Below are positions 1 through 12,967 of a stretch of 62,763 bases of DNA, in pieces. Position numbers and translations under genes: made by a program. Source of the stretch: Microthyrium microscopicum (lineage: Eukaryota). Every line of letters starts with the position of its first letter. Positions within the stretch are counted from its first letter, which is position 1. The notes under the pieces are model-generated. The model was given only the letters and a program-made list of their open reading frames with translations, was not told the DNA's origin and made no database searches. Where the stretch lies: assembly GCA_010405405.1 (NCBI GenBank), contig MU004230.1, forward strand, positions 4,482,282 through 4,545,044, read 5' to 3'.

Positions 1-1772
1 CTCCTGGGCAACCCTCTGGCTCTGTCGAACACTCCCCAGGTGGTAGCCCAGTTGATGCAGCTGGGACTGCCCGTACCTTGGACTTGCTTGAGATTCGACC
101 CGAAATTCTATCTATTGTGGCTGAACTGGGTGCAACAGAGGAAGACCAGCAACGCATCTCGCAATATCTTGAAGATGCCATTCAGCACAACAATTACGAG
201 ACGGAAGTTCCACCTGTTCTTGAGCCCAGCCACAGCCGAATTCACGATGCTCCTCGTCTTCGGGAGATCCGTAAACGCATTGACAACAACACGTGCTCTC
301 CACAGGAAATTGAAGAGGTTGCTATCAATATGTTGGATGAGATTGCCGAACTCGCATCTGACTATCTCGGAAACACTGTTGTACAAAAGCTCTTCGAGTA
401 TTGCTCTGAAAATGTACGAGCTCTTATGCTGGAGCGTATCGCACCTCACCTTGCAGAAATCGGTATTCACAAAAACGGCACTTGGGCTGCCCAAAAGATT
501 ATTGATGTAGCCCGTACTCCGGTTCTTATGCGAATGGTTGTTGACAGCCTTCAACCATACGGCATGGCCCTGTTCTTGGATCAATTTGGCAACTATGTCA
601 TGCAAGGATGCTTACGCTATGGCACACCACTCAATGACTTTATCTTCGAGGCTATGCTATGCAGACTTTGGGAACTTGCCCAAGGCCGCTTTGGTGCTCG
701 AGCGATGCGAGCATGTCTCGAAAGCCACTATGCTACCAAAGAACAACAACGTATGGTTGCAGCAGCCATCACGCTTCACAGCGTACAATTGGCTACTAAT
801 GCCAACGGTGCTCTTCTGCTAACCTGGTTCTTGGATACTTGCACATTCCCTCGCCGTCGTACAGTTCTGGCTCCACGCCTTGTTCCTCACCTCGTCCATC
901 TTTGCACTCACAAGGTCGCATACCTGACAGTATTGAAGATTATTAATCAACGCAATGAGCCCGAGGCAAGAGATACAATACTTCAGGCGTTGTTCTTCTC
1001 GCCCAACGACAAGGTTCTTGAAGATATTCTCAGTGACCAACAATGTGGCTCAACTTTGATCTTCAAGGTTCTGACAACTCCATTCTTTGATGAGAAGATT
1101 CGCAATGACGTTGTTCAAAACGTGCGCAATGTCCTCATTCGCATCAAGGCTCAACCTCAACAAGGCTATAAGCGTCTCATGGATGAAGTAGGACTTTCAA
1201 CCCGTAACGGCGGACCCCGAGATCTCCACACCCCGCGAGAGGACGCTCCACGGCCAGGGTCCAAGCACTCCAACATGAATGGACAAGGTCAACAACAAGC
1301 TGCCGAGTCGCCACTAGCCCGACCGTTTTATCCAAGCATGCCTCAAAGCTACGATCACGGTATGGGAATGCAACGGAGTGGTAGCATGGAATCATCTTCA
1401 TACGATGGATATCCCGTCAACAACATGCAACAGTCCATGTATCCCACGTCGAATCCAGGAATGCCTGGTATGCCACCAATGACGCCGCAGCAAATGCAAT
1501 ATCAACAGATGATGGCAGCTTCCCGTCCACAGCAATCTTACTTCCAAAACGCAGGGATGAATGCCTACCCTTCGCCAGCCTCGTCCATGGACGCTTTTCG
1601 GAATAGCCCATCACCAATGGGTATGAATTCGGGCCTCATGCCACAAGCTGGCTTTGGCGCACCACCAGGCTTTGGCAACGGTCAAGGCATGTTCCAACAA
1701 TACCCAATGCAGTATGTGCAACCCGGCATGGCTCCCGGCGGTATGGGACCAGGTCGTCGGAGAGGACCATGA
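1..1772 (+). CDS. JSN1: Pumilio/PUF-family RNA-binding protein (Jsn1/Puf1-Puf2 type), 5'-truncated by the window edge
   Basis: Frame open from base 3 to TGA at 1770-1772. PUF repeat motifs DYLGNTVVQKLFE, HKNGTWAAQKII, DQFGNYVMQGCL, GRFGARAMRACLE, NANGALLLTWFLD, then a Q/M/G/P-rich tail. Confidence 0.9.
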   Translation, partial: PGQPSGSVEHSPGGSPVDAAGTARTLDLLEIRPEILSIVAELGATEEDQQRISQYLEDAIQHNNYETEVPPVLEPSHSRIHDAPRLREIRKRIDNNTCSPQEIEEVAINMLDEIAELASDYLGNTVVQKLFEYCSENVRALMLERIAPHLAEIGIHKNGTWAAQKIIDVARTPVLMRMVVDSLQPYGMALFLDQFGNYVMQGCLRYGTPLNDFIFEAMLCRLWELAQGRFGARAMRACLESHYATKEQQRMVAAAITLHSVQLATNANGALLLTWFLDTCTFPRRRTVLAPRLVPHLVHLCTHKVAYLTVLKIINQRNEPEARDTILQALFFSPNDKVLEDILSDQQCGSTLIFKVLTTPFFDEKIRNDVVQNVRNVLIRIKAQPQQGYKRLMDEVGLSTRNGGPRDLHTPREDAPRPGSKHSNMNGQGQQQAAESPLARPFYPSMPQSYDHGMGMQRSGSMESSSYDGYPVNNMQQSMYPTSNPGMPGMPPMTPQQMQYQQMMAASRPQQSYFQNAGMNAYPSPASSMDAFRNSPSPMGMNSGLMPQAGFGAPPGFGNGQGMFQQYPMQYVQPGMAPGGMGPGRRRGP

Positions 1773-2642
1773 ACAACGCGTCCAGTACATCAACTAAATA
1801 ACACAAACCAAAGCGATGACCGCTTCTGTTTCAAATGCTCAAGTGTCTCCATAGAACGTCCCCAGGACAACATGACCTTTTTCCAAAATCTTTTCCATTG
1901 TGTCTCGGATACCCATCACCCACTTTTGATTCATTCGCTCCGGAGACAGAGATCTCCTAGATAGACGGGCACGACACATTACACTCGCTTGGTTGATTGA
2001 GCCGCTGGAATTTTTTCATGTGCGAGGGACACGATTAGGCGTTATAGCCATGAAAGGGGGCTTTTATGTGGCAGATGGCAAAAAGGGTCATTGGGCTTCT
2101 CATGTATTCCTGATTGTTCTCATCTACTTATGTTCAATTGTATCTTTTTTCTACATTGATTTTGAATGCTTCCTGCCTTTGAAAAGTCTTACTATGTTGG
2201 TGTTTCAGGTGTATGATGGGATATTGTGAGCTTGTATGAAATACTTTCTTTCTTTTACCAATGGCAAGGCCTGCGAGTTGGAAGATGCGGTTGGTGTAGA
2301 AAGTAGGCTGGAGAGATGATGGGAAATATCTGATGCGATGGACGACATCGTGGGCTAGGAGGAAACGGGCAATGTACATGTATCTTACTACTACTTAGCT
2401 AGAACAATCAATGTTCAGGTCGCCAAACGGGTCGGCTTGAAAGTCACGACTAACTTACTTCAATCTCGTTATCACATTGTAGTGTTCATAAGCAATGGCA
2501 TTCAGGCCCGCAGGCACAGTTAAGTCTATCTGGGTATTCCCACCTTCCTCGCCCTTCCTTTTCCCCGTACCATACCAATCCAAACCCCCTTTTTGTTCGT
2601 TTCATAACATCACCATCCTCCTCACCTTTCCACTCTCCTCCC

Positions 2643-3239
2643 TTAGCGCAACAAAACTACACCCCCCAACGCCAACGCCATCGGCGTAACCACCAACTTC
2701 ACCACGCCAAATCTCTGTGCTCCCGCCGCCGCATTCTGCAAACTCGGCGCATTCGGTGTACTGCTAGGCGTTGGTGATGGCTTATTGTTGTTGGTTTGCG
2801 TAGAATATGCGGTTGCCATGGACGTCACGATACTGGTGTTGCCGAATGGGACGGTCAGAAACTGCGTTGAGGAAATGACGTCTGGTGTGCTTGTTGTTGT
2901 GACGAGGACGACGGAGGTGGATGTTGTGCTTGTGTTGTGGATTGAGGAGGAGGAGGGGAGGGTTGAGATTGCGGATTGGGATGATGGTTTGGATGTTGTG
3001 GTGGTGGTGGTGGGTTTGCTGGTGGGAGGTGATGTGGATGAGGATTGAGTGGTGTTAGGCGCTGCTGAGAGCGTGGTGGAGGTTGTTACGTTGAGGATGA
3101 TGGATGATGATGATGAGGCTGCTGCTGCGGCGGCGTACACGGGAATTGCGCTGGCGAGGATGGACGCGAGCCAGACTGTTAGGAAGGCTATGAGGAGTCT
3201 TGAGGCCATGGTGGGCGATATGGGTAGTTGTGGGCGCAT
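2643..3239 (-). CDS. Secreted Ser/Thr-rich, probably GPI-anchored cell-wall protein
   Basis: ATG at 3239 or 3209, hydrophobic signal (RLLIAFLTVWLASILASA), long S/T/P tract, C-terminal NAAAG plus hydrophobic tail (VVTPMALALGGVVLLR). Confidence 0.75.
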   Translation of the reverse strand: MRPQLPISPTMASRLLIAFLTVWLASILASAIPVYAAAAAASSSSSIILNVTTSTTLSAAPNTTQSSSTSPPTSKPTTTTTTSKPSSQSAISTLPSSSSIHNTSTTSTSVVLVTTTSTPDVISSTQFLTVPFGNTSIVTSMATAYSTQTNNNKPSPTPSSTPNAPSLQNAAAGAQRFGVVKLVVTPMALALGGVVLLR

Positions 3240-4262
3240 TTTGGTGTTGGATGTGGTGGTTGATATGGTTGGTGTTTTGGGAACAATGGGGTTGCAATGG
3301 GTTGTCAATGTGGTGATGCGGACGGTCAAGTCTTCTTTCACGGAGGGGTGTCGTATTTTTATTTTCTTTGACTGATGGGCGGCCTGGTAAGGCTGTGTGG
3401 TTTTTGACTGGGCTGTTTGGTGATGCTGGCGGAAACGGTGGGCTGGTTGTCAAAGAGAGTTGTGGGACAAAGAGTGATGGTGCGAGTCAAGAAATGGTCA
3501 GTCACGGAGAAGGTTCAAAGAGCATTTAAGAGGTGGACGATCATAGGCGATGGTTGCATTTTTGTTACGGGTGAAGGCATGGTAAGACGATTCAAGGGCG
3601 TTGGTTACGAAGGTAGGAAATGTTGGAGGAGAATGATATGCGGTTGGGATACTACGTATGCTGTTGCTGTGATTGGCTGATGGGTGGAGGGGAGACAAGG
3701 GTGATTGGCTCACGTTGCACGGGAGCCGGGAAGGCTGGAGAGACGGACGCCCAAACAAGTGGCTTTTGGAGGGGCAGTTCAGGGGGATTGGCGATGCTTA
3801 TGCCGACTAGAAATTCAGGACGATGTGTTTCGTAGTTGTTTGTATAATCTGAAGACCAATGCTTATTGTTTACAGATAATAAAAACAAGAACATGAGTGC
3901 GGTACGCAGCATCTACGGATAGTCCTTGAGAAATCAGATCTCAGCCTTGCGCGTGCTGCACCTGCCTTTTGCATGGCTTCACGTGAAAGACACGAGTCAT
4001 GGCTTAGTTCATACTAGCTTTGTAGACAATTCGATAGCAAACTCGTTGCCTCTGGATCAAGACAGGTCAACTGCATTTGAATTCAGCACTGCAATCAATG
4101 AACATTTTGAACAGAGGAGACTGTAAAATGCTACTTGTACTCTGCAGAGTGCACCCTCGATCAAGTACGGAGAACGGATATGGGCTAGTCACTTTCGACT
4201 AGCTGTTTCTGGCCAAGTGGCTAGCTAGCCCCCACTCTGGATTCCGCCATGATCATCGGAAG

Positions 4263-4495
4263 CAGTGTTGGCATTCGACTCACTCACGCTAACTCGAGGG
4301 ACTCGTCTTGGCGAAAGCTTGGCGGGGATGAAATTTGGGGCAATATACGTAAAATAATTTCTCTTTGGGAAAGGCTCATTTTGCGAAAAGGGTATTTTTT
4401 GACTCTTTTGGCATAGAGGTTCTTAAAAAGCCCCGCCAAGCTTTCGCCAAGACGAGTCCCTCGAGTTAGCGTGAGTGAGTCGAATGCCAACACTG
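4263..4495. mobile_element. MITE, hAT-type (233 bp, perfect 65-bp TIRs, 8-bp TSD ATCGGAAG)
   Basis: 4263-4327 is the exact reverse complement of 4431-4495. Termini CAGTG...CACTG. ATCGGAAG occurs at 4255-4262 and 4496-4503. AT-rich non-coding centre. Confidence 0.93.
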
Positions 4496-4772
4496 ATCGG
4501 AAGGAACCGTCCCCGCTATTGATCTGGTGGAGCGGCCTGTGCTCCTTCTCGCTGCTCCAGCTCTCCTGCCTCACCAGATAGGTATCCAGAGCTTCTATTT
4601 TGGGACATCTCCTGCCTCCAATTCCAAACACATCCTGATCCTCCACTCATTTCAACTCTTCAAAATCTCTACAACAGCGAGTTCCGTATCACCGTCCTGA
4701 TCCTACATCCCACCAAATTCGCAATACACACTTTACCTCTCTCTCCCACTTCAACCTCCTGCCTCATCCACT

Positions 4773-7038
4773 ATGGCCGGCCGATTCGTTCGCGCCTCCA
4801 AATACCGTATGTGCCCTGTACAACTTCTTACATACATCCTCGGGCATTTCTAACTTTCGCTTGATCAGGTCATGTTTACGGTCAATCCACCAAAAAGGTG
4901 CCTCTAGATTTACCCACCTCTCACGCCCAATCTTACATCTGCCCTTAGGATCAATGTTACGATAACTTAAGAATCTCCAAGAACGCTTGGGATACCAATA
5001 TCATAAAGGTTCGACTAGCTTCGAAGAGGAGGAACATAGTCTGATTACAATCTAGGCAAATCCTGAATTCATCTCTGTCAATTGGGAAGCCAGTGGTGGT
5101 GGTGCTTTCGCTGTCATTCCTGTAAACCAGCGAGGAAAGCTCCCTGACGGTATTCCGTTGTTTAGAGGACATACTGCTGCTGTTCTGGACACAGACTGGT
5201 TCGTTATATTCCTGAAGGCTAGTAACAGGGATGCTAACAAGGTGCAGGAATCCTTTTGACGACAACTTATTGTCTTCCAGTTCTGATGATGGCAAGGTGA
5301 GCTCACCAGTTTGATTATCCAATTTTCGCATACTCATGAAAACTAGGTTTTCCTCTGGCGGGTTCCAAAAGATTTTACTCTCTACTCGGATTCGGATGAG
5401 CCTGCAGATATCTCGCCAGTCGCCAAACTGACTGGTCATGCCAGGTACGATTTGACATTAGTAAATGCGGAAAAATATCACTAATTATATTCAGGAAAGT
5501 TGGACACGTTCTATTCAATCCAGCTGCACAAAACGTTCTTGCTAGCGCATCAGGAGATTATTCAGTCAAACTATGGGATATCGAACAAGGAAAAGACCGC
5601 TTGTCGCTCAAGCATGGAGAAATTGTGCAATCCCTATCATGGAGCGCTGATGGCGCTTATTTGGTTACTACATGCAGGGACAAGAAACTACGCATCTGGG
5701 ATACCAGACAACAAAAACCAGCGCAGGAGGTTCAGGTATGGTTTTTCGTCTTTCAGTTGGCAGTTCATCACTAACGTAGAACAGGGTCATCCCGGTGCCA
5801 AAAATAGCCGAGCAGTTTGGCTAGGTGACCGCGACCGTATTGCGACAACTGGATTCTCCAGAATGAGCGACAGGCAACTAGGTCTATGGGACGTGAAAAT
5901 GCCCAAAGAACCAGTTGGGGGTGATTTCACAATCCTAGATTCCATATCTGGTGTGTGCATGCCATTCTGGGATGACGGCAACCGCATCCTCTACCTCGCA
6001 GGCAAAGGCGACGGCAACATCCGCTACTACGAGCTTGAAAACGACAAGTTTGAATATCTTTCTGAATACAAGTCCTCCGACCCGCAACGTGGTATGGCCT
6101 TTTTGCCGAAACGCGGCGTCAATGTGCACGAAAACGAAGTCGCGCGCGCTTTCAAGACTGTCAATGACAGCTTCATTGAACCAATCTCCTTCATTGTGCC
6201 CCGCCGAGCCGAAGTCTTCCAGGATGACATTTACCCGCCTACCATTGGGCTCAAATCTGCTGTTTCGGCAGCTGAGTGGTTTGATGGCAAGTCAGGTGTA
6301 CCGCCTCTCGTTTCTCTCAAGGGGAGATATGATGGTGGCGAGGCCAACGAATTGCCTGCGAGCGAACAACCACAGACCAAGAGCACGCCTGTGTCTAGTC
6401 CACCACCAACTAAGACTGAGGCGCCAAAACCAAAAGCAGCAGAGCCAGCTCCTGCACCAAAGACTGTAGCTGCGCCACCCGCCCGCACGAAGTTGGAAGA
6501 TAATAAGCAGGCTATGTCCAGCATGGCAGACAAATTCGCCGACAAAGACGAGGATAGCAGCGACGATGCCTCGAGCTTTGAGGAGGTGGCCAAGCCCATT
6601 GAACGTCATGTCCCTCGCGACGCAGCCTCCGCTAAAGCCGCGCCTTCGCTGGAGCGCAGTTCAAGTTCAACCACCAAGCTCTGGCAACCCGCCGGTTCAA
6701 CCGCAGCTGCACCGGCGTCCACGCCCGCCCTCGCCGAAAAGGCTCCCGAGAAGGCGCCCGAGAAACCCGCCGCAAAAGCTACCCCGACACCAACTCCCGC
6801 GCCAGCAGCTGCACCAGCACCTGAGCCATCATCCACAGCCAAGACAGCCTCGGGACCCGGCGAAGCCTTGAAGACACATCTCTCAGATATCAAGGGCGAA
6901 ATCGCCGGCCTCAAGAGCCAGGTAGGCGAATTAACTGAATTGGTCAGGTCATTGGCGGGCCGGCTAAATGAGATGGCGGGATCGCAGAATGAGCGCATAC
7001 GAGCGGTGGAGTTGGAAGTGGAGGGTATGAGGGAGTAG
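4773..7038 (+). CDS. CRN1: Coronin (actin-binding WD40 protein), multi-exon
   Basis: N-terminus MAGRFVRASKYR. Exons encode CYDNLRISKNAWDTN, WEASGGGAFAV, GKGDGNIRYYE, EPISFIVPRRAEVFQDDIYPP and a C-terminal coiled coil. Several short GT-AG introns in 4807-5783. Confidence 0.95.
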
Positions 7039-7722
7039 GATGCCCTTGGATGACACTTGGAACAGCTGGACCTAGGAGTATGGCGTGTTGCATAGCAGCA
7101 TCTCGAAAAGTACGTACGCTGATTGTTGGACTTTGTACAAAGGGAGGCTCGTCAAAAAGGGGGAGAGTCGCCAGTACGCAGAGCAGAGAGCAGAGCAGTA
7201 ACATGAACACCAATATAAAAAAAGAAGACTACTTTCTCATCAACACTAAAGCTCGAACTTCACCATCAATTTTCACAGCCAAGGAGCAATTGGGCAACGT
7301 GTCTTAGCAATATACGTTGTGATTTCGAATACGCGACTAACAAAAGGGTTTGAGCGAAGCTCCCAGCAAAAAGCTAACAATCACAAGTAGCAAAAGTCAT
7401 TTCGCCCATAATGGTTGACCCAAGTTTAAACTTAAAGAACCGTTTCCTATCCCAGGCTTTCATCCGAGCCCGTTAAACCATCCAGCGTCCCAATCTACTC
7501 CAGATAATAAAGCCCAGCCCAGCCCAGACCGTAAAAAGACGTCTTCCCTTTTGTTGATACTTTTTCTCGTGGTCGCATATTGCTCACATAGCACATTTCG
7601 TTGTAGGTTTAGAGTTCGTGTGCATTTCGTGGAGGATGGCATAATGTATGCCCTATAAGCGCGAAATAGGGTCGGTGTGAGCGTAAAGACTACAAATATG
7701 CGTCGTTATAGGCCATGTTAGT

Positions 7723-9266
7723 TTAAAAGTCAACAAAATGTTTGGCATATCTGATAATTGAGTTAGTCAATTGTCTTGGAGGGAGGTAGGGAGAACGTAC
7801 GGGTCATCGCCATGGGCTCCATATGCTTCAGTTTCTTCCGGATACTTGTCGAATTGGCTTGCGTCACCAGCGCCAGCCTTGATGGGCGGCACATACGGTG
7901 CGTCGATATCTTTGCGCATCAAGCGATCCCACGTGACTTCAGTGAACCATGGATGATTCATGATATCCTTGCTGCCGTTTACAAGATTGCCGAGTCGTTT
8001 AGTTAGATCAGCAGTGATGAGCTTCGACAAGAGATCTTGGGCATCTGGATTGATGTAAGGTGGGTACTTGACGCGGCCTTTGAGAATGTTTTCGTATATT
8101 TTCATGGGTGATCCACCGTCCCAGAAGGGCGTGAAACCGCATAACATTTCAAAGATTAAGATTCCGAGGGACCACCTGAAGAGTCGTTGTTAGCTGGTGA
8201 ATTTGCGATGCGTGGGAGATAGTGGAGACCTACCAATCGACGGATTTATTGTAGCCTTTTGACGAGACTACTTCTGGTGCCAGATAGTCTGGTGTACCAC
8301 AAAGGGTCCATGTTATGTCTGGGACTTCTTTGGCAAACCCAAAGTCTGTTATCTTCAAGTGCCCGTGCCTATCGAGAAGAAGATTTTCTGGCTTTAGATC
8401 GCGGTAGATGACGTTCATCGAATGGAGGTAATCGAGCGCAAGAACAACTTCAGCAGCATAAAACTTTGCCACTGGGTTGGGAAACCGCTTTTGAAACCAC
8501 AATGTTAGCAATTATAGCGAACCACAGCAAACGAAAGCCCAATGGGCACTAAACAAACAAAAGGAGGATTCTGGCTTACCTGCGACTTTCTCAGCAAACT
8601 GAATAGCTCGCCGCCCTCGATAAAATCCATGACCATGTACAGGTTTTTGGAATCCTGGAAAGTTCCCCACAAGGTAATTAAGAATGGATGTTTGACTTTG
8701 CCCAGCATTCTCCGCTCATCGTTGGTATGCTCAATCTGCTTCATCTTGACAACCTGAGCTTTCTTCAGCACCTTGACCGCGTAGAAACGTTGATTGTGCT
8801 TCGATTGGACCAGGTGGACACGGCCAAAACTACCGGTTCCGAGTGTCCGCTGAATGGTAAAGTCTGTGAGGGTATATTTGCCTTTTGTGTCTCGTGCGAC
8901 GTTCTGGGGCTGTTGTTGGGCGCCATTGGAAGAGGAGTTGAGCAGAGACTGTATAGAGGGTACATTTTGTTGGGATTGGCCGAATGAAGCATTCTGAGGG
9001 GGGCTGCTGGCGACTGTGGAGCTCATGGGGGATGCAGCAGTGGAGGTGAACTGAGTGGAATTAGGGTCAGAGGGTGGTGAAGATGCGGCGGGGTCGTTTG
9101 CGGCGGGAGAGTTGACCGAGTTGGAGGGGAAGGAAGCTTGAGAAGGCGACGTCGCTGTTGTAGGAGAGGATTGATTGAAAGGCGAGTCCTTGGTAGGTGA
9201 GGTGGGGGTGTTGTTTTCAGAAGAGTCCTTTGGCTTCTTCTTTTTGAAAATACCAAGCGAAGGCAT
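7723..9266 (-). CDS. pkaA: cAMP-dependent protein kinase catalytic subunit (PKA-C), 4 exons
   Basis: [37 protein letters not shown] and the AGC C-terminal tail. The last small exon after an intron gives ...[10 protein letters not shown] with TAA at 7723-7725. Confidence 0.95.
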
Positions 9267-9454
9267 AACTTTAGAGGCGGAGGAGACTGGGGCAGTTGCG
9301 CAAGGGCAGCTGCTGCGTTCCGGGGGGTAGGGTGGCTTGGGTGGGTAGATGCTTGGGGTAAGGTATTGTGTAAGAGCAGAGGAGGTTACAGGTTGGAGAG
9401 AGGTCTGAGAGTCTCGGAAGGGACCAGCAGCTGCGACTGGCTGTGAGGCACGCT

Positions 9455-9493
9455 CTTTGGCTTTGGCTTTGGCTTTGGCTTTGGCTTTGGCTT
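9455..9493. repeat. (CTTTGG)6.5 microsatellite upstream of the PKA start codon
   Basis: Perfect hexamer run about 190 bp upstream of the PKA ATG. Confidence 0.9.
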
Positions 9494-11012
9494 CCTGGCG
9501 GCGGCGATTGGATTGTTGATTGACACTGATCAGTCAGTCTGCACAGTGGCAGCAGCAGTAGCAGCAATGGACAAGCAAGACACAAGCTTCGACTTGCTCT
9601 AGCCTGGCAGGTAAAGTGGTTGCTGCAACTGGGCCAAAGAATGCTGGGTTGAGCAGCCTGGCGTTGTCAAGCTGCGTTGCGTCTGCGTTCTGCAACAGTA
9701 AACTGCGGAAACTGGTCGAGCTCTCAGTCTCACAGCTCAAAGCTCTGGATCTCAATGCGGGTAATATGGTGAAAGCTGCTCGTCTAGGTCACTTTCTAGG
9801 TGCTGGCATGCGGAATTGAGTGTCTCGGATGGCTGCTTTCACTGGTCAGGAACTTTGTACAAGAGATTGGAAGAGCCCTGAACCATTCAACCACTGATCG
9901 GATCCAGCTGTGCAAACCAAGCGAGGGGCAGGCTGGCCGCAATGCGTCCCTGAGTAGCAGCAAGTGTCTGACGAGTGATGCTGGAAACCAAAGCACAGTG
10001 CACTCTCTGGCGATGCCGCCTATGTTGATGTCTTGGAGAGAAGATGACAATTTCAGGCAGATTGAGGAACAAAGGATAACAATGGGCGAGTATTGCAGAG
10101 AGAGATGGATGCTGGGTCTTTCAGCGCGGTGACAAGTGGATATGGTGTTGGAGGTGCAGTCTGGGTCCTCTGGGAGCATTCAAGGTGCAATGGCGGGGAT
10201 ATGCTGCCCTTTCACCCCTTCACCCTCAAGCTGTACCCAAAGCCAACTAAAGCCTTTCCCCTCTCGGATACTTTGATCAATCAGCCCAATCGTCCGCCTG
10301 TTATCAGATGCCTGTCTGCCTCTTTGGCTGCTTTTTCACTGTTGTTTGCTGTACGATCCCCCGTGGGACTATCCGATGACGCTGCTCGTCGACTTGAGCA
10401 GAGATCCACTTGAACACCGCAGGTGTGCAGATAATAGATATCAACTGAGCTTTGGGTTTATCAGACTGTCCGAGATTGGCGCGAAGCTTCTGCGATAGAG
10501 CCAGATATAAGCGCAGGTAAGCCCTTCCTAAGTTCTTAAAGTAAAGTTGGTGAGAGGTGTTAGTCAGCTGGACGACGAGTGGTTATGTTGGACCGTCGGA
10601 CGTCAGAGGCGCAAGAGTTGATGCCACTGGCCAGTTATAGCGAGGAGAGAGTAGATACTCTAAAAGGCTCTGAAATAAGGATGGATATTCATAAGGAGGC
10701 CGAAAGATGCATGAATTATTCGAGAGGAAATGAAGCATCAAAGGAATCGAAAATGGAAATTGGAAATAATGCATGTGTCGTCTCGAGGTTCAAAGTCCAA
10801 ACCATGTACCCAAATTGGGAAGGAATGCTCCACCCGGTCCCAACATTTGGTGCCATGCCAACCGCCAACCGCCCAGCAATTTCATCTGCAAGGCGTAAAG
10901 TTTCTATTCAACATACATACATGAGCCTCAACGACCCAAGTCTTATTACTATAAATTACGGAACGGAGAAGAGCAGCACAATGCAGAAGATGCTATCAAA
11001 CCTCCTATTACA

Positions 11013-12290
11013 TCAACTAGGCTCCGCATCTAATGGATCTTGAAGCCACATCTCTTTCCAGCCTGGATAAAACGGACTTTCATTCAAAGTTTGAACCTCC
11101 CAATTGGCTGGAACAATTCCCTTCTCCACCTGTTCCCTAGCAAACTCCTCAAGCACTGGCACCACCACCTTCTCTATCCTTCTAACCCCTTTGTACACCA
11201 GCAGATCATCTTTCCCCTCCTTCAGGATCTTGAGCGCCAACGCAGGCACATATGGCTCCAACCTGAACTGCTCAAGCGGAGTGAACAGTCCCTTGAAGTT
11301 GAAAGCTATTGCCCCCGAAACTGGCATTCTCCGCAGCGTTTGCCAATCGACCCGAAAGTGGATTCGTGACCGAGCCTCTTCCATAGATAATTCATCGATT
11401 GACGGATGCGGCTCAGTAGGTGCTAGATATAGAGGCTGATCAAGCTCAAAAGACCATGAACCACGCTGAATGGGACTATCTGTCGGTAACTTGCTAAAAT
11501 ATCGATCCATGGAGAAAGCCATCTTCTCTTTGTAGTCTGGTACTGGCTTATGGATGTCTTCTAAACGGAGCCCAATCTTGGTGCCTAGATTCCATCCAAC
11601 GGAGCTACATATTATCCCGGCGCGGAGGTGATAGTATCCGGTCGTTGGTTCGCGTATCATCAGTGCGAAGTCCTCAGGGACGTGTTGTAACATGACATCT
11701 AGCGGCGACGTGGAGCTCAGATTCGTAGACATGTTCAAAATACGATTGACGAACAGAGTATCCTCATCTTCCAGTGAGAAGTAATGGGGATATCGACAGC
11801 ATAGGAACTGCAATACCAATTCCATAAGCTCGCGACAAGCTGGCTCAGATCCTGGCTGCATTGCGAGAACGTCACTGCCATGTTGCTGTACAAGTTCAAT
11901 TCGTTGTTTGATTCTTTCCTCATAGGAACTTTCTAGTTCAACCCACCAATCCGGCTCGAGTCTTGAAAGAGCTTCCTTCTGTTAGCTTGTTGCAATGTGA
12001 TTGACGAGAATGCACCGACCCATTGTTTGGTGCCATTTCCAACGAAGTGGACGATATGGTCTTGCTTTAGCTGTCTTGATATCGAATCCATGATATGGTT
12101 CGGGCGCTCGTACTCCACTTAGAGACGCATAATCGGGGAATTTTGGTGTTGTTGAAGCTTTCTCAGATACGATGCCGTTTTCTGTTCTCGTTTCTAGGGA
12201 TGTCGATTGTCGACCGTAGCGAGACCATCGCCATACAACATATAATATAGCAAGCAGAACAAGTATACTCAAATTGAAGCTTGATTCCAT
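11013..12290 (-). CDS. DUF3445 / heme-dependent oxidative N-demethylase alpha-like protein with N-terminal membrane anchor, 2 exons
   Basis: Spliced reading RPYRPLRWKWHQTM|ALSRLEPDWWVELE, followed by PEDFALM, IHKPVPDY, PIQRGSW and HFRVDWQTLRRMP, which is typical of fungal DUF3445 proteins. Confidence 0.8.
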
Positions 12291-12967
12291 GTTCCCATCC
12301 CTAAATAGATGGAGGATGTGGGAGAGGAGATCCTCGGGACCGTTTGAAATACCTGTCGAACGCAGCCGCTGCTAACCATCACCTTATACCCAGACACCAG
12401 CTCCATTATTCTCAACCATAACCAAGGTATGGATCTCTGATAACATGCACCATTTGTTGGCCTGAATGAACTGGCATTCTTTATCTATTCGCTCCTACCA
12501 TTGGTCTTATCAGCAATCGACCTGCATGGCCAACAAGTTCCAGCCCAACGGAACAACTCTCTTAAAACACCATTCGGGACACAGATCCACTGAAACATGG
12601 CCAGGTGAACTACGAGATTAGCTTGCCACTGTCCATTGATCAGTGCAGTGAACGAGGCCAGACAGGGTTGAAGCCTGGAATTGGATGCTGTTGATGATTC
12701 CGAGAACCTTCCCCGCTCCTGTCGGCATGGCCCCTGATTTCTGATATTGGATTGGATGGAGTTCAGGGAGGTGGCTAACGGGATTGACAACTATTTACTG
12801 AAACATAGTGGACGATATCTAAACCATTATGTTTTACTATAGGACAATTGTACAGAACCTGTTGCTACAACTTACAATTACAGAATACAAGTTTCATCCC
12901 TCTCATAGCTTCCACGATACAGGTACAAAGCATATCAAACAACTTCCACCTCCACAAGAACCAGTGA

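Noticed and set aside
4284..4646. 120-aa ORF over the hAT MITE
   Set aside because: No transposase motifs and a non-ATG start. It is an incidental frame through the TIRs.
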